A stretch of 64,000 bases of DNA, from positions 1,338-65,337 of the forward strand of contig CAXMMT010000031.1 in the NCBI GenBank assembly GCA_964194555.1. Direction: 5' to 3'. The notes under the pieces were generated by a model. The model had not been told where the DNA came from, made no database searches, and worked only from the letters and a program-made list of their open reading frames with translations. The translations under genes and the position numbers were made by a program. The number at the start of each line of letters is the position of its first letter. The first letter of the stretch is position 1. This document shows, piece by piece, positions 37,085 through 45,206 of this stretch. The DNA is from an uncultured Boseongicola sp. (GTDB lineage Bacteria; Actinomycetota; Acidimicrobiia; Spongiisociales; ZC4RG35).

Positions 37085-37438
37085 ATGTCATCAGTAGAAC
37101 CAGCCCGTCACGCCCTGTACTCTGTTCTCGAGAATGTTCTCGGCGAGCAACACGCGGACACCCTGATGACACATCTTCCCCAACACGAGTCCGAGGAGGT
37201 CACCACCAAATCGGACCTGAAGGTCCTGGAGGACAGTGTTGATGGGCGATTCAATATCGTGGACGAGCGATTCAATCGGGTCGACGAGCGATTTGATCGC
37301 ATGGAAGACAGGTTTGACGCACTCAACCTTCGATTCGATGCCCTCCATCAGACACTGCACACGCAGTTCAGGAACTACACCGTGACAATGGTGGGTGCCA
37401 TGACCGCGCTGACAGCCATCTACACCTTCCTCAACTAG
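37085..37438 (+). CDS. tail-anchored coiled-coil protein, paralog 2
   Basis: MSSVEPARHALYSVLENVLGEQHADTLMTHLPQHESEEVTTKSDL, five xRF(D/N)xxx heptads and a C-terminal TM helix. The track start at 37049 adds 12 aa that are absent from paralog 1. Confidence 0.65.
   Translation: MSSVEPARHALYSVLENVLGEQHADTLMTHLPQHESEEVTTKSDLKVLEDSVDGRFNIVDERFNRVDERFDRMEDRFDALNLRFDALHQTLHTQFRNYTVTMVGAMTALTAIYTFLN
37244..37348 (+). repeat. five tandem 21-nt units encoding xRF(D/N)xxx heptads inside paralog 2
   Basis: gggcgattcaatatcgtggac / gagcgattcaatcgggtcgac / gagcgatttgatcgcatggaa / gacaggtttgacgcactcaac / cttcgattcgatgccctccat. Confidence 0.8.
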
Positions 37439-37533
37439 ACGCCGGGTCCTCTCGCACCCAGACGCCGACAGACGACGGCTGCATAGTCTCCTCGACGCAT
37501 CGACAAACGTTCCGGGAATCGTCGCCTTCATCA

Positions 37534-37568
37534 GCCGTAACGGTACGGTTATCTTCCCGCACGAGAAG
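37534..37568 (+). promoter_or_regulatory. GTAACG direct-repeat promoter, site c (upstream of the SARP regulator; possible autoregulation)
   Basis: GCCGTAACG-gtacg-GTTATC-ttcccgcac-GAGAAG. This is the most degenerate of the five sites. Confidence 0.4.
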
Positions 37569-37613
37569 AGAGGAACCGAACTGCTCGACATACGGCTAAT
37601 TGGCCCACCCGAA

Positions 37614-40313
37614 GTGACTCTCGAAGGCTTGCACGTCGAGGTTGACACCCGAAAGGCCATCGCTCTGCTCGCGTACCTCGCCGTCGAACACACCGCCTCG
37701 AGGGACACGCTCTCGACACTTTTCTGGGTCGACTCGCCCACAGATCGAGCCCGAGCCACGCTACGCCGTACTCTTTCCTCTCTCCGATCAGGGGTCGGGA
37801 GCGACGCCATAGCGGCCGACCGTCATAGCGTCTCACTTGAAGACGGCGCGGGCATCGACCTTGCCCATTTCGAACAGGCTCTCGGAGAGATGGCCAACCA
37901 CGACCACGGGCCAGAAGAAGTCTGCCCCATGTGTATTCCTCACCTCCGCAAGGCCACCGCCCTTTACAGGGGGGACTTCCTCGAGGGCTTCTCGGTTCGT
38001 GACGCTCCGGGGTTTGAGGATTGGGCGCGAAACATCACCGAATCTCTCAGAATGAAGGCTGGCGAGACCTTCCATCGTCTTGGCATGGCGCTTGCTGCCG
38101 ACGGTGACTATCCATCGGCAATCGCCGCTGTTTCACGATGGGTCGAACTCGATGAACTGCACGAACCCGCCCATCGCCTTCTCATGCTGTTGAACGCCTG
38201 GGCGGGTGACCGACCCGGCGCTGTGGAGGCCTATCGGAACTTCGTCGCAATCCTCGACCGGGAGCTTGGCGTTCCACCTCTCGATGAGACCACCGAGCTC
38301 CACGAGGCAATCCTCGACGAGGATCTGCCACCAGCGCCTGGCCTGCGGCGCCGAATCAGAGCCGCTTCACGGATCACGCCGAAGGGCGATGACTTGCTAG
38401 ATCGCCTGGACGAAATGCAATCGCTTCGCGATGCTCTGGGATCGATCGGCTCTCGGGGGGATGTCGTGTCTGTCTCCGGGACTGCATGGATGGGAAAAAC
38501 CCGACTCCTCGAGGAACTCGCCTCCGAAGCAAGAGGTAGCGGAACCGGAGCACTGATCGGCAGGTCGTTTCGAATGGAGCAAGGTCTTCCCTACGGGGTG
38601 GCCACCCAGATCCTTCGTAGCGGAGAGACACTCATCAAGGCGAGCGAAGGCGAAATCCCGCCGTGGGCTCTGATCGAGGCGTCCCGGCTCGACCCGTCTT
38701 TGGCTTCGAGCAACTCACCGGCCGACTTTGACCGATTTGGCGAGCTCCGACTGTTCGAAGCTGTATACGAGATCCTCTCAGTCGTCTCCCACTCCCGGCC
38801 TCTTCTCCTCATCGCCGATGACATTCAGTGGATCGACTCCGCCTCGGCTTCCTTGTTGTCGTATTTGGGACACCGCATCGGCGATCTCCGGGTCCTCATG
38901 CTGCTGGCACACAGGGCGGGAGACCCCCTTCCCGACGCAATCGGCGATGTCATCGGTTCGGCCCTGGAGGTGAAACTGGCTCCTTTGACCCCAGATGACT
39001 TGAAGATGGTTGTCGAAGACTCCGATCGGGCAATCGAGATCATCGCTCAGACCGGAGGTGTCCCCCTTCTCGCCCGTGAGGCGATCGCAGTAGATGGCAA
39101 GGGCAGCGACGACCTCTCCGGTGTCGAGCGCTACATGGAGTCAAAGTTGCGCGATGCCAGCGAGTTGAGCAAGCAGGTCCTGGCAACTGCGGCCGTCCTT
39201 ACCGGCGTATGCGATGCGTCTCTACTGAAAAGGACATCGGGAAGATCGGAAGAGGAGGTGGTCGAGGCCGTCGAGGAGCTGATAGGTATCGGACTGCTCC
39301 GCGAAGTTCCTGAGGGCGATGGACTCAGTTTCACACTCGATTCGCTGGAGAAATTGTCGTACGACTCTTTGTCGCTGATACGACGGCGTCTGCTGCATCG
39401 TCGGGCTGGCGAAGCTCTTGCAGACAGACCTCGTTCCGCCACCGACCCTCTTCTTGCTGCAGGTGTGGCCGCCCAGTTCCGCGGAGCCGGTGATCCCCGG
39501 GCAGCCGACTGGTATCGCGTCGCAGGTGACCTGGCGCGCGGTGTCTATGCCAACGCCGAGGCTCACAGCTTCTACGAAGCAGCGATCGCCCTCGGATCGG
39601 TTGCCGTTGGCGAGCTGCGTTTGGGTCTCGCCGATCTGGCGATGACAAGGGGGGACTACACAACTGCGATCCAGGAGCTGACTGCTGCGGCCGCACAGTC
39701 CGACGGCGAATTACTGGGGATTATCGAGCACAGGCTCGGTGACGCCAATCGACTGCTCGGCCGCTTCGACATGGCAGCCGAGCATTTTCAACGATCCGTC
39801 GAAACACATCCCGAACTCGCGGGGCTCTACGCCGATTGGGCTCTTCTCGAACAGCGTATGGGCAACACGGAGAACGCTTTCGCCATGGCCGAGAAGGCTA
39901 GAGCCGCCGCAGACGAATCTGCCAACGACCTGGTCCGGTCGCGCGTTCTGAATGTCTCCGGCATCGTGGCCGACGATCCGGCGGTCGCTATGCAGTACCT
40001 GGATGAGGCGCTGCAGCTCGCCGGTGACGATGAGTTGGCCAGGATGGCCGTTCTGAACAACCGCGCCCACCTACTGCTCCAGATCGGCAATGGCGACGGG
40101 GCCATTCGTCTGATCGAGGAGGCGATCGGGATCGCGGCGAGCACAGGTCACCGGCATCGCGAGGCGGCACTTCACAATCATCTAGCTGACCTTCATCACA
40201 TCGCCGATCGTGAGAGTGAGGCCGAAGCGGCGATGACAGAGGCGGTTGCCCTGTTTGCCGACATCGACGCAGGAGCGTGGGAGCCCGAACTGTGGCTGTT
40301 GTCCAGATGGTGA
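37614..40313 (+). CDS. SARP-family regulator: OmpR-type winged helix, BTAD, AAA/NB-ARC-like ATPase and TPR (AfsR-like STAND architecture)
   Basis: RKAIALLAYLAVE...LSTLFW...RATLRRTLSSLR (wHTH), LYRGDFLEGF...E.AHR.LM......GDRPGAVEAYR.F...L..ELGVPP (BTAD) and Walker A GTAWMGKTRLL, followed by about 350 aa of TPR-like repeats. The N-terminus probably extends upstream of the GTG at 37614 (see findings). Confidence 0.85.
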   Translation: MTLEGLHVEVDTRKAIALLAYLAVEHTASRDTLSTLFWVDSPTDRARATLRRTLSSLRSGVGSDAIAADRHSVSLEDGAGIDLAHFEQALGEMANHDHGPEEVCPMCIPHLRKATALYRGDFLEGFSVRDAPGFEDWARNITESLRMKAGETFHRLGMALAADGDYPSAIAAVSRWVELDELHEPAHRLLMLLNAWAGDRPGAVEAYRNFVAILDRELGVPPLDETTELHEAILDEDLPPAPGLRRRIRAASRITPKGDDLLDRLDEMQSLRDALGSIGSRGDVVSVSGTAWMGKTRLLEELASEARGSGTGALIGRSFRMEQGLPYGVATQILRSGETLIKASEGEIPPWALIEASRLDPSLASSNSPADFDRFGELRLFEAVYEILSVVSHSRPLLLIADDIQWIDSASASLLSYLGHRIGDLRVLMLLAHRAGDPLPDAIGDVIGSALEVKLAPLTPDDLKMVVEDSDRAIEIIAQTGGVPLLAREAIAVDGKGSDDLSGVERYMESKLRDASELSKQVLATAAVLTGVCDASLLKRTSGRSEEEVVEAVEELIGIGLLREVPEGDGLSFTLDSLEKLSYDSLSLIRRRLLHRRAGEALADRPRSATDPLLAAGVAAQFRGAGDPRAADWYRVAGDLARGVYANAEAHSFYEAAIALGSVAVGELRLGLADLAMTRGDYTTAIQELTAAAAQSDGELLGIIEHRLGDANRLLGRFDMAAEHFQRSVETHPELAGLYADWALLEQRMGNTENAFAMAEKARAAADESANDLVRSRVLNVSGIVADDPAVAMQYLDEALQLAGDDELARMAVLNNRAHLLLQIGNGDGAIRLIEEAIGIAASTGHRHREAALHNHLADLHHIADRESEAEAAMTEAVALFADIDAGAWEPELWLLSRW

Positions 40314-40314
40314 T

Positions 40315-40350
40315 CTCGTAACGGTCCGGTAACGCGGCGCCTGGCAATAT
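40315..40350 (+). promoter_or_regulatory. GTAACG direct-repeat promoter, site d (upstream of the tandem membrane paralogs)
   Basis: CTCGTAACG-gtccg-GTAACG-cggcgcctg-GCAATAT. It starts 2 nt after the SARP stop codon. The ATG at 40361 lies about 11 nt after the -10-like element. Confidence 0.55.
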
Positions 40351-40459
40351 CGAGGTCTCAATGGCTCAAACAAAACGCGTTTCGTGGTTGCTACTTGTCG
40401 CGTGACTCGTCTTCGCCGTCTCGGTCGTCGCTTCAGTAGTCCTATGGCCAACCATCCAC

Positions 40460-41455
40460 GTGTTCCTGGGACTCGTTGCCAACACGCTCATATTGGTCAG
40501 CGGGTCGATAATCGTCTTGAAGGCCGACCAACAAACCATCGGCTGGATTCTTGTCTTCCTCGGTCTCATTTTCATGATCACTGGGGGAGTCTTGCTGGGT
40601 ATTCAGAACGCCTATCAAACCCAATGGACGCGCGTGGTGACCGAGGCAGGAATTGGCGGACTGTGGCTGTTCATCTACCTGATATTGATCTTCCCCAGCG
40701 GTGAACTACCCACCCGCTTCTCGAGAGTGCTGCTTTGGATCGCCGGCATCGGGGCGATCGCTCTTTCAATTGTCGGCGTTCGAACCGCTCTCTTCTACGG
40801 CGAGGGCGGTTACGCCGAGAGTTTTTTGGGCGTGGTCTTTTTCGCAGTTCTGATGCTTGCCGCCATTGTGATTCACCTCGTCCATCTTCGTTATCGGAGC
40901 TCTATTGAGAAGCGTCAGCTCAAGTGGTTCATCTTTGCCCTGAATGTCACCATGTCGCTCTACTTGGTCGCGAGCGCCTTTGGCGTACCCGAGACCACAT
41001 TCCTAGTGATCGACGCCTTTGCCACTTCGTTTTGGCCAATCGCGATCCTCATCGCCATCACCCGCCATCGCCTATACGACATCGACCGCATTGTTTCGAG
41101 AACCGCCTCATACGCCATCGTGGTTGGTCTGCTCGCAGCGGTCTTCTTTGGCGTCGTGACCGCGGTGACAGCCCTACTCCCGACACAGAACGCGCTTGCG
41201 GTGGTTGGATCGACTCTTGTTGTGGCGGCCCTCTTCAACCCGGTGCGTCTCCGAGTCCAGCAGTGGGTGGATCGACGGTTCAACCGGAGCCATTACGAGG
41301 CGCAAGGTGTCATCGACTCTTTTGCAGCCACCCTTCAGGACGAGCCAGCTATCGAAAACCTCGTCGAACGTCTCCAAGCGGTCGTGATCGAGACAATGGG
41401 CCCATCGTTGACCGGCACATGGGATAACACTGGCGTCGGCAATGACACCTCCTGA
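40460..41455 (+). CDS. polytopic membrane protein with a sensor-kinase-like N-terminal module but no kinase domain, paralog 1
   Basis: About 8 TM helices, then ITRHRLYDIDRIVSRTASYAIVVG...ALFNPVRLRVQQWVDRRFNRSHYEA.... The GTG at 40460 is the first start after an in-frame TGA. The homologous N-terminus begins at the ATG at 40361 (see findings). Confidence 0.65.
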   Translation: MFLGLVANTLILVSGSIIVLKADQQTIGWILVFLGLIFMITGGVLLGIQNAYQTQWTRVVTEAGIGGLWLFIYLILIFPSGELPTRFSRVLLWIAGIGAIALSIVGVRTALFYGEGGYAESFLGVVFFAVLMLAAIVIHLVHLRYRSSIEKRQLKWFIFALNVTMSLYLVASAFGVPETTFLVIDAFATSFWPIAILIAITRHRLYDIDRIVSRTASYAIVVGLLAAVFFGVVTAVTALLPTQNALAVVGSTLVVAALFNPVRLRVQQWVDRRFNRSHYEAQGVIDSFAATLQDEPAIENLVERLQAVVIETMGPSLTGTWDNTGVGNDTS

Positions 41456-42599
41456 GACCACCGGCAACCGCAAGCTCTGGTGGGTACTGCCCATATGGTT
41501 CGTCGCGGTGGCCCCCTCGTGGGTGTTCATCGGGGTCGGCTTCGACTTCTCCCTGATCTGGATCGCAGTTCAATTCGCTCTACTCGCATCCGGAATCCTG
41601 ATCCTCGCCAACGTGCGAAGACACAAAGTTGGACTACTCCTCTTCGTTGCAGGCGCCACCCTCTCCCTCGCACCCCCACTGTTTGCGACCGTGGAAGTCC
41701 TCGAGGACGTACTGCCCGAGATTGTCGGCGCAATCGCATTGGCAGTTGGGAGCGTTCTCATCACAATCTGGCTCCCATTGAACATTGCCGCAATAGCGCT
41801 CTTTCCCACCGGGGACTGGCCGACGCGAAAATGGCGCTATCCAGGCTTTCTGGTCGGTGTGTCGTTGGGTCTGGCTGTCCTCGCCCCGATGTTGAACGGT
41901 GGTTTTGGCGGCGACAACTCAGACGGTGATGCCACCCCATGGGCAACTGCGATTGCTCCGGTTGGCGACATCGTCTCCAACCTCTTCTTCTTGTCGCTGC
42001 TGTTTTCCGCCGTAGTGGCTCTCACCTCGGTGATCTATCGATTCATCAGATCCGATGGAATCGAGCGTCAGCAGATGAAGTGGTTCGCGCTCTCGGTTTC
42101 GATCCTGACCGTGGGATTCTTCCTCGATCAGACGGTTCTCGGGTTAACGGCCGCTGAAGGCTGGCGGGCGGTTGGGGTCGGGTTCCTCGTCATCCAGACA
42201 CTGGTGGTGATGGCCGTCGCCATCATCAAGTATCGCATCTATGAGATCGACCGAATCATCTCGAGGACCGTCTCCTACGTTCTGGTGGCCGGGATGCTCG
42301 TCTCTCTCTTCTTCGTTGTTGTCACCGGGATCACATCGTTTCTCCCGTCTCAAAACTCACTGGCTGTTGCGGCTTCGACTCTCGCCGTCGCCGCCCTATT
42401 CAATCCACTTCGGATTCGCGTTCAACGCGGCGTCGATCGTCGATTCAATCGGGACCGATATCGGCGCCAGCAGGTCATCGATGATTTCGCTTCGGGGCTA
42501 CAGGATCAGACGGATCTCGAGGATCTTGCCGACGACCTGAGCACCGTCGTCGAGTCAGTGCTCCAACCGTCGTCGGTTGGCGTCTGGATCAGGGACTGA
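41442..42599 (+). CDS. polytopic membrane protein, paralog 2 (kinase-less sensor-like module)
   Basis: IIKYRIYEIDRIISRTVSYVLVAG...ALFNPLRIRVQRGVDRRFNRDRYRRQ...SSVGVWIRD. 14-nt overlap with paralog 1. Confidence 0.7.
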   Translation: MTPPETTGNRKLWWVLPIWFVAVAPSWVFIGVGFDFSLIWIAVQFALLASGILILANVRRHKVGLLLFVAGATLSLAPPLFATVEVLEDVLPEIVGAIALAVGSVLITIWLPLNIAAIALFPTGDWPTRKWRYPGFLVGVSLGLAVLAPMLNGGFGGDNSDGDATPWATAIAPVGDIVSNLFFLSLLFSAVVALTSVIYRFIRSDGIERQQMKWFALSVSILTVGFFLDQTVLGLTAAEGWRAVGVGFLVIQTLVVMAVAIIKYRIYEIDRIISRTVSYVLVAGMLVSLFFVVVTGITSFLPSQNSLAVAASTLAVAALFNPLRIRVQRGVDRRFNRDRYRRQQVIDDFASGLQDQTDLEDLADDLSTVVESVLQPSSVGVWIRD

Positions 42600-42665
42600 C
42601 CCGCTCTGTCGGGAGACGGTCACGCGCTAAAGCATTCGCGCAAATCTGCCGAAGCTATTCGGGTT

Positions 42666-42935
42666 ATGACTGTTTCAGACATTGTTCTCGACGAATGGGC
42701 AACAAGACCACTGGGCAAGGCTGCGCGAATAGCGATCGCAGCGGGCGGGATGATCACCGCCACACTTGTTCTCCTGATGGCGACCATGCTGACCAGCGGC
42801 GCATGGCTCTTTGTCCTCGCCGGGGTTGCCCTCGCGGCCACTTCAGTGCGAGCAGCCAGGTTCCCGACCATCACCCGACTCGGTGTAGTGGCGGCCAATC
42901 TCGTCGCTATACCGCTCATCGCCCAGATCATCTAA
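42666..42935 (+). CDS. small hypothetical membrane protein (3 predicted TM helices)
   Basis: 89 aa, hydrophobic, with high GC3. No recognisable motif. Confidence 0.45.
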   Translation: MTVSDIVLDEWATRPLGKAARIAIAAGGMITATLVLLMATMLTSGAWLFVLAGVALAATSVRAARFPTITRLGVVAANLVAIPLIAQII

Positions 42936-43112
42936 GTCTCACCGATGCCCGATAAGGGCACCGGACGTCAGCAATGGCCGCCGGCTAACGGTGGCCGTTG
43001 TTGTTGGCAGGCCCTCCAGATCGCATCCTTCGCACTATCCCGATATAGTCATGTGCCGTCGACGACGACCCTAGGTCCCGCCGACTAATCACACTCTCTA
43101 ATTGGAGGTTCA

Positions 43113-43490
43113 ATGCCGCTTCTCGACCTGTTCTGGTCCATGCTCTGGTTCTTTATGTTCTTCGTGTGGATCTGGCTGCTGATCACGATCTTTGCCGACA
43201 TCTTCCGCAGCGAAATCTCTGGCTTTGGCAAGGCGGGCTGGATCCTCTTCGTGATAGTCCTTCCCTTCCTCGGAGTCCTCATCTATCTGATCGCCAATGG
43301 CGACACGATGCAGGAGCGCTCCATGAAGCAGGCTTCCGATATGGCGAACGCGCAGCGCGACTACATCCAATCTGTTGCCGGTGATAGTTCGTCGGCTGCT
43401 GACGAGATCGCCAAGCTCGCTTCACTGAAGGACTCCGGTGCCATCAGCGACGCCGAGTTCCAGGCGCAGAAGGCCAAGCTTCTCGCTTAG
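43113..43490 (+). CDS. PLDc_N-domain membrane protein with C-terminal SHOCT domain
   Basis: WFFMFFVWIWLLITIFADIFRS...GKAGWILFVIVLPFLGVLIYLI is the PLD-nuclease N-terminal TM pair. The C-terminus LASLKDSGAISDAEFQAQKAKLL is a SHOCT motif. GGAGG RBS. Confidence 0.8.
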   Translation: MPLLDLFWSMLWFFMFFVWIWLLITIFADIFRSEISGFGKAGWILFVIVLPFLGVLIYLIANGDTMQERSMKQASDMANAQRDYIQSVAGDSSSAADEIAKLASLKDSGAISDAEFQAQKAKLLA

Positions 43491-43513
43491 ACCCGAACCA
43501 CACTCAACTGGAA

Positions 43514-43547
43514 AGACCCCCGTCGACGACGGGGGTCTCTTCTTATT
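43514..43547. terminator. bidirectional rho-independent terminator
   Basis: AGACCCCCGTCG-a-CGACGGGGGTCT followed by CTTCTTATT. A-rich on the other side. Lies between convergent genes. Confidence 0.8.
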
Positions 43548-43562
43548 GCAGCCGGCAATGCG

Positions 43563-45206
43563 TTAGCCGTCTATCTCATACTCGAACGTTGTGGTCGGAA
43601 CCCACTTGACCGAGACGCCGACCGGCTTGCCGAACTCCTCTTCGAAATCCGCCGCCAAATCGTCAATTGGCGGCGGATTCTCCGAACCCTCAACTATGAC
43701 GAAGAACTCGTCACCGGTGTACTCAGAAAGTATGACTTGAAGATCCGAGTCGCCCAACCAATCCTCTACGAGACTCTCCGCAGCGGCAACGCCTGCAGTC
43801 TGTTTCTGGAAAGTATCCGCGCTCGCTCCGAGAATTGCGATGACAGCGATAGCCAAAACCCCCACCATCCCCAAGCTTCTCTTCACCCAAGCTCGATTCT
43901 CCGATAGTCGAAGCACCGGCACGACACCCGTGAGGATGAAAACACCGCCACCGACGAGGATGATGGCGACGAGGTTTGTAACGAAGAGCAGAACGGCACC
44001 GGACGCCGCCGACCACTCCGCCTGCGAGATCATGAGACCTACCACAGCCAAAGGAGGCACCAGGGCAATTGCCACCGCAACACCGGGGAGGGAATCCGAA
44101 ACGTCGGGTCTCGATAATGCGAAGGCGCCCGCACCACCCGCCGCGATGGCTATGGCGAGGTCAACGACAGTTGGGCCGATCCGTGAAGCCACCTGTGAGT
44201 TGGCAACGGTGGAGATGTCCGGTCCGTACATCCAACCGAAGAGAACGCTGAGACCGACGGCGAACAGGATCCCCCCTAGCGCCACTCCACCAGACATGGC
44301 TGCTCTTCGCGGCCAACCCATCACCATGGCAAGAGATGTCCCCATCAGTGGAGTCATCAGAGGAGCAACGAGCATCGCACCGATGACCACGGCTGTTGAG
44401 TCACCAATAATGCCAAAGGCGGCTATCCCCGTGGCAAATCCCATGAGCGTGAAGAATCTCGAGAGTCGGCGAGGTCCGATGTCCCCCTCGTAGAAGAGCT
44501 TGTCGTAAAGCTGACGCCGATCGTCGGCCGTGTTCGGTCTTGTTTGGATCCACGCCAGAAAGGTCTGCCAAACCCCACCGGGTTCGATCGTTCGATCATC
44601 GAGTCGGACATTCGTGACCAGCGTGAGTACGCCAGCGACGAACCAGTAAGTGGCAAGGATTAGAACTGCCAACCCGAGTATTGAGCGGGGCGAGGTCACC
44701 AGGGCGGCCCCTATAGCCACGTAGAAGAAGGCACCCAGCATGGGCTCGAGCACAGACCCGCTCTCTCGTCCTCGGAATGCCCGATAACCGTTGATAACAC
44801 CCAATACGATCAGGGCGGTGCCACCCGCTTGACCGAGCTTTTCACCGGTGAAGTCGGGGATGAAGAAGAGACCAAGAGCAGCCGCCACCAGGAACAGAAC
44901 TCGAGCGATATCCCAACCCGTTCGTGTATCAGCATGACGAAGATCGAGAACTCCGCCAACGGCCCAGGCAACCAGAATTGTCGCTACGAGAAAGCCAAAA
45001 GTACGTGGTGAGGTGCTTGGTGAGCGAAGTACGATGACCGAAACCACAATCGCCGCCACTCCCCTCAAGGAATCAGCCGTGAGTAGCTGTGACATGTCGA
45101 AGCCGGCACCCTCTGGAAGGACAGGACCTTCGTAATCCTGGAATTCCTCCGACATCATGTCCGTGATTGGCCGGTCGGTGGATTCCTTGTTTTGGCTCAC
45201 TCCCAC
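43563..45206 (-). CDS. DUF389-type membrane protein with an extra N-terminal multi-TM (HdeD-like) region
   Basis: RRLSRFFTLMGFATGIAAFGIIGDSTAVVIGAMLVAPLMTPLMG is the DUF389 core pattern as I recall it. The start may instead be the ATG at 45158. Confidence 0.65.
   Translation of the reverse strand: MGVSQNKESTDRPITDMMSEEFQDYEGPVLPEGAGFDMSQLLTADSLRGVAAIVVSVIVLRSPSTSPRTFGFLVATILVAWAVGGVLDLRHADTRTGWDIARVLFLVAAALGLFFIPDFTGEKLGQAGGTALIVLGVINGYRAFRGRESGSVLEPMLGAFFYVAIGAALVTSPRSILGLAVLILATYWFVAGVLTLVTNVRLDDRTIEPGGVWQTFLAWIQTRPNTADDRRQLYDKLFYEGDIGPRRLSRFFTLMGFATGIAAFGIIGDSTAVVIGAMLVAPLMTPLMGTSLAMVMGWPRRAAMSGGVALGGILFAVGLSVLFGWMYGPDISTVANSQVASRIGPTVVDLAIAIAAGGAGAFALSRPDVSDSLPGVAVAIALVPPLAVVGLMISQAEWSAASGAVLLFVTNLVAIILVGGGVFILTGVVPVLRLSENRAWVKRSLGMVGVLAIAVIAILGASADTFQKQTAGVAAAESLVEDWLGDSDLQVILSEYTGDEFFVIVEGSENPPPIDDLAADFEEEFGKPVGVSVKWVPTTTFEYEIDG

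Noticed and set aside
31491-40350. Reading the GGAACG/GTAACG elements as ECF-sigma (-35 GGAAC ... -10 CGTT) or SigB/F-type (GTTT ... GGGTA) promoters
   Set aside because: At sites a and e no CGTT or GGGTA element lies at the required 14-18 nt downstream spacing; sites b-d were not checked. The conserved partner is instead a second repeat exactly 11 bp away plus an nAnAAn hexamer 9 nt further on. That fits an activator-dependent promoter better.
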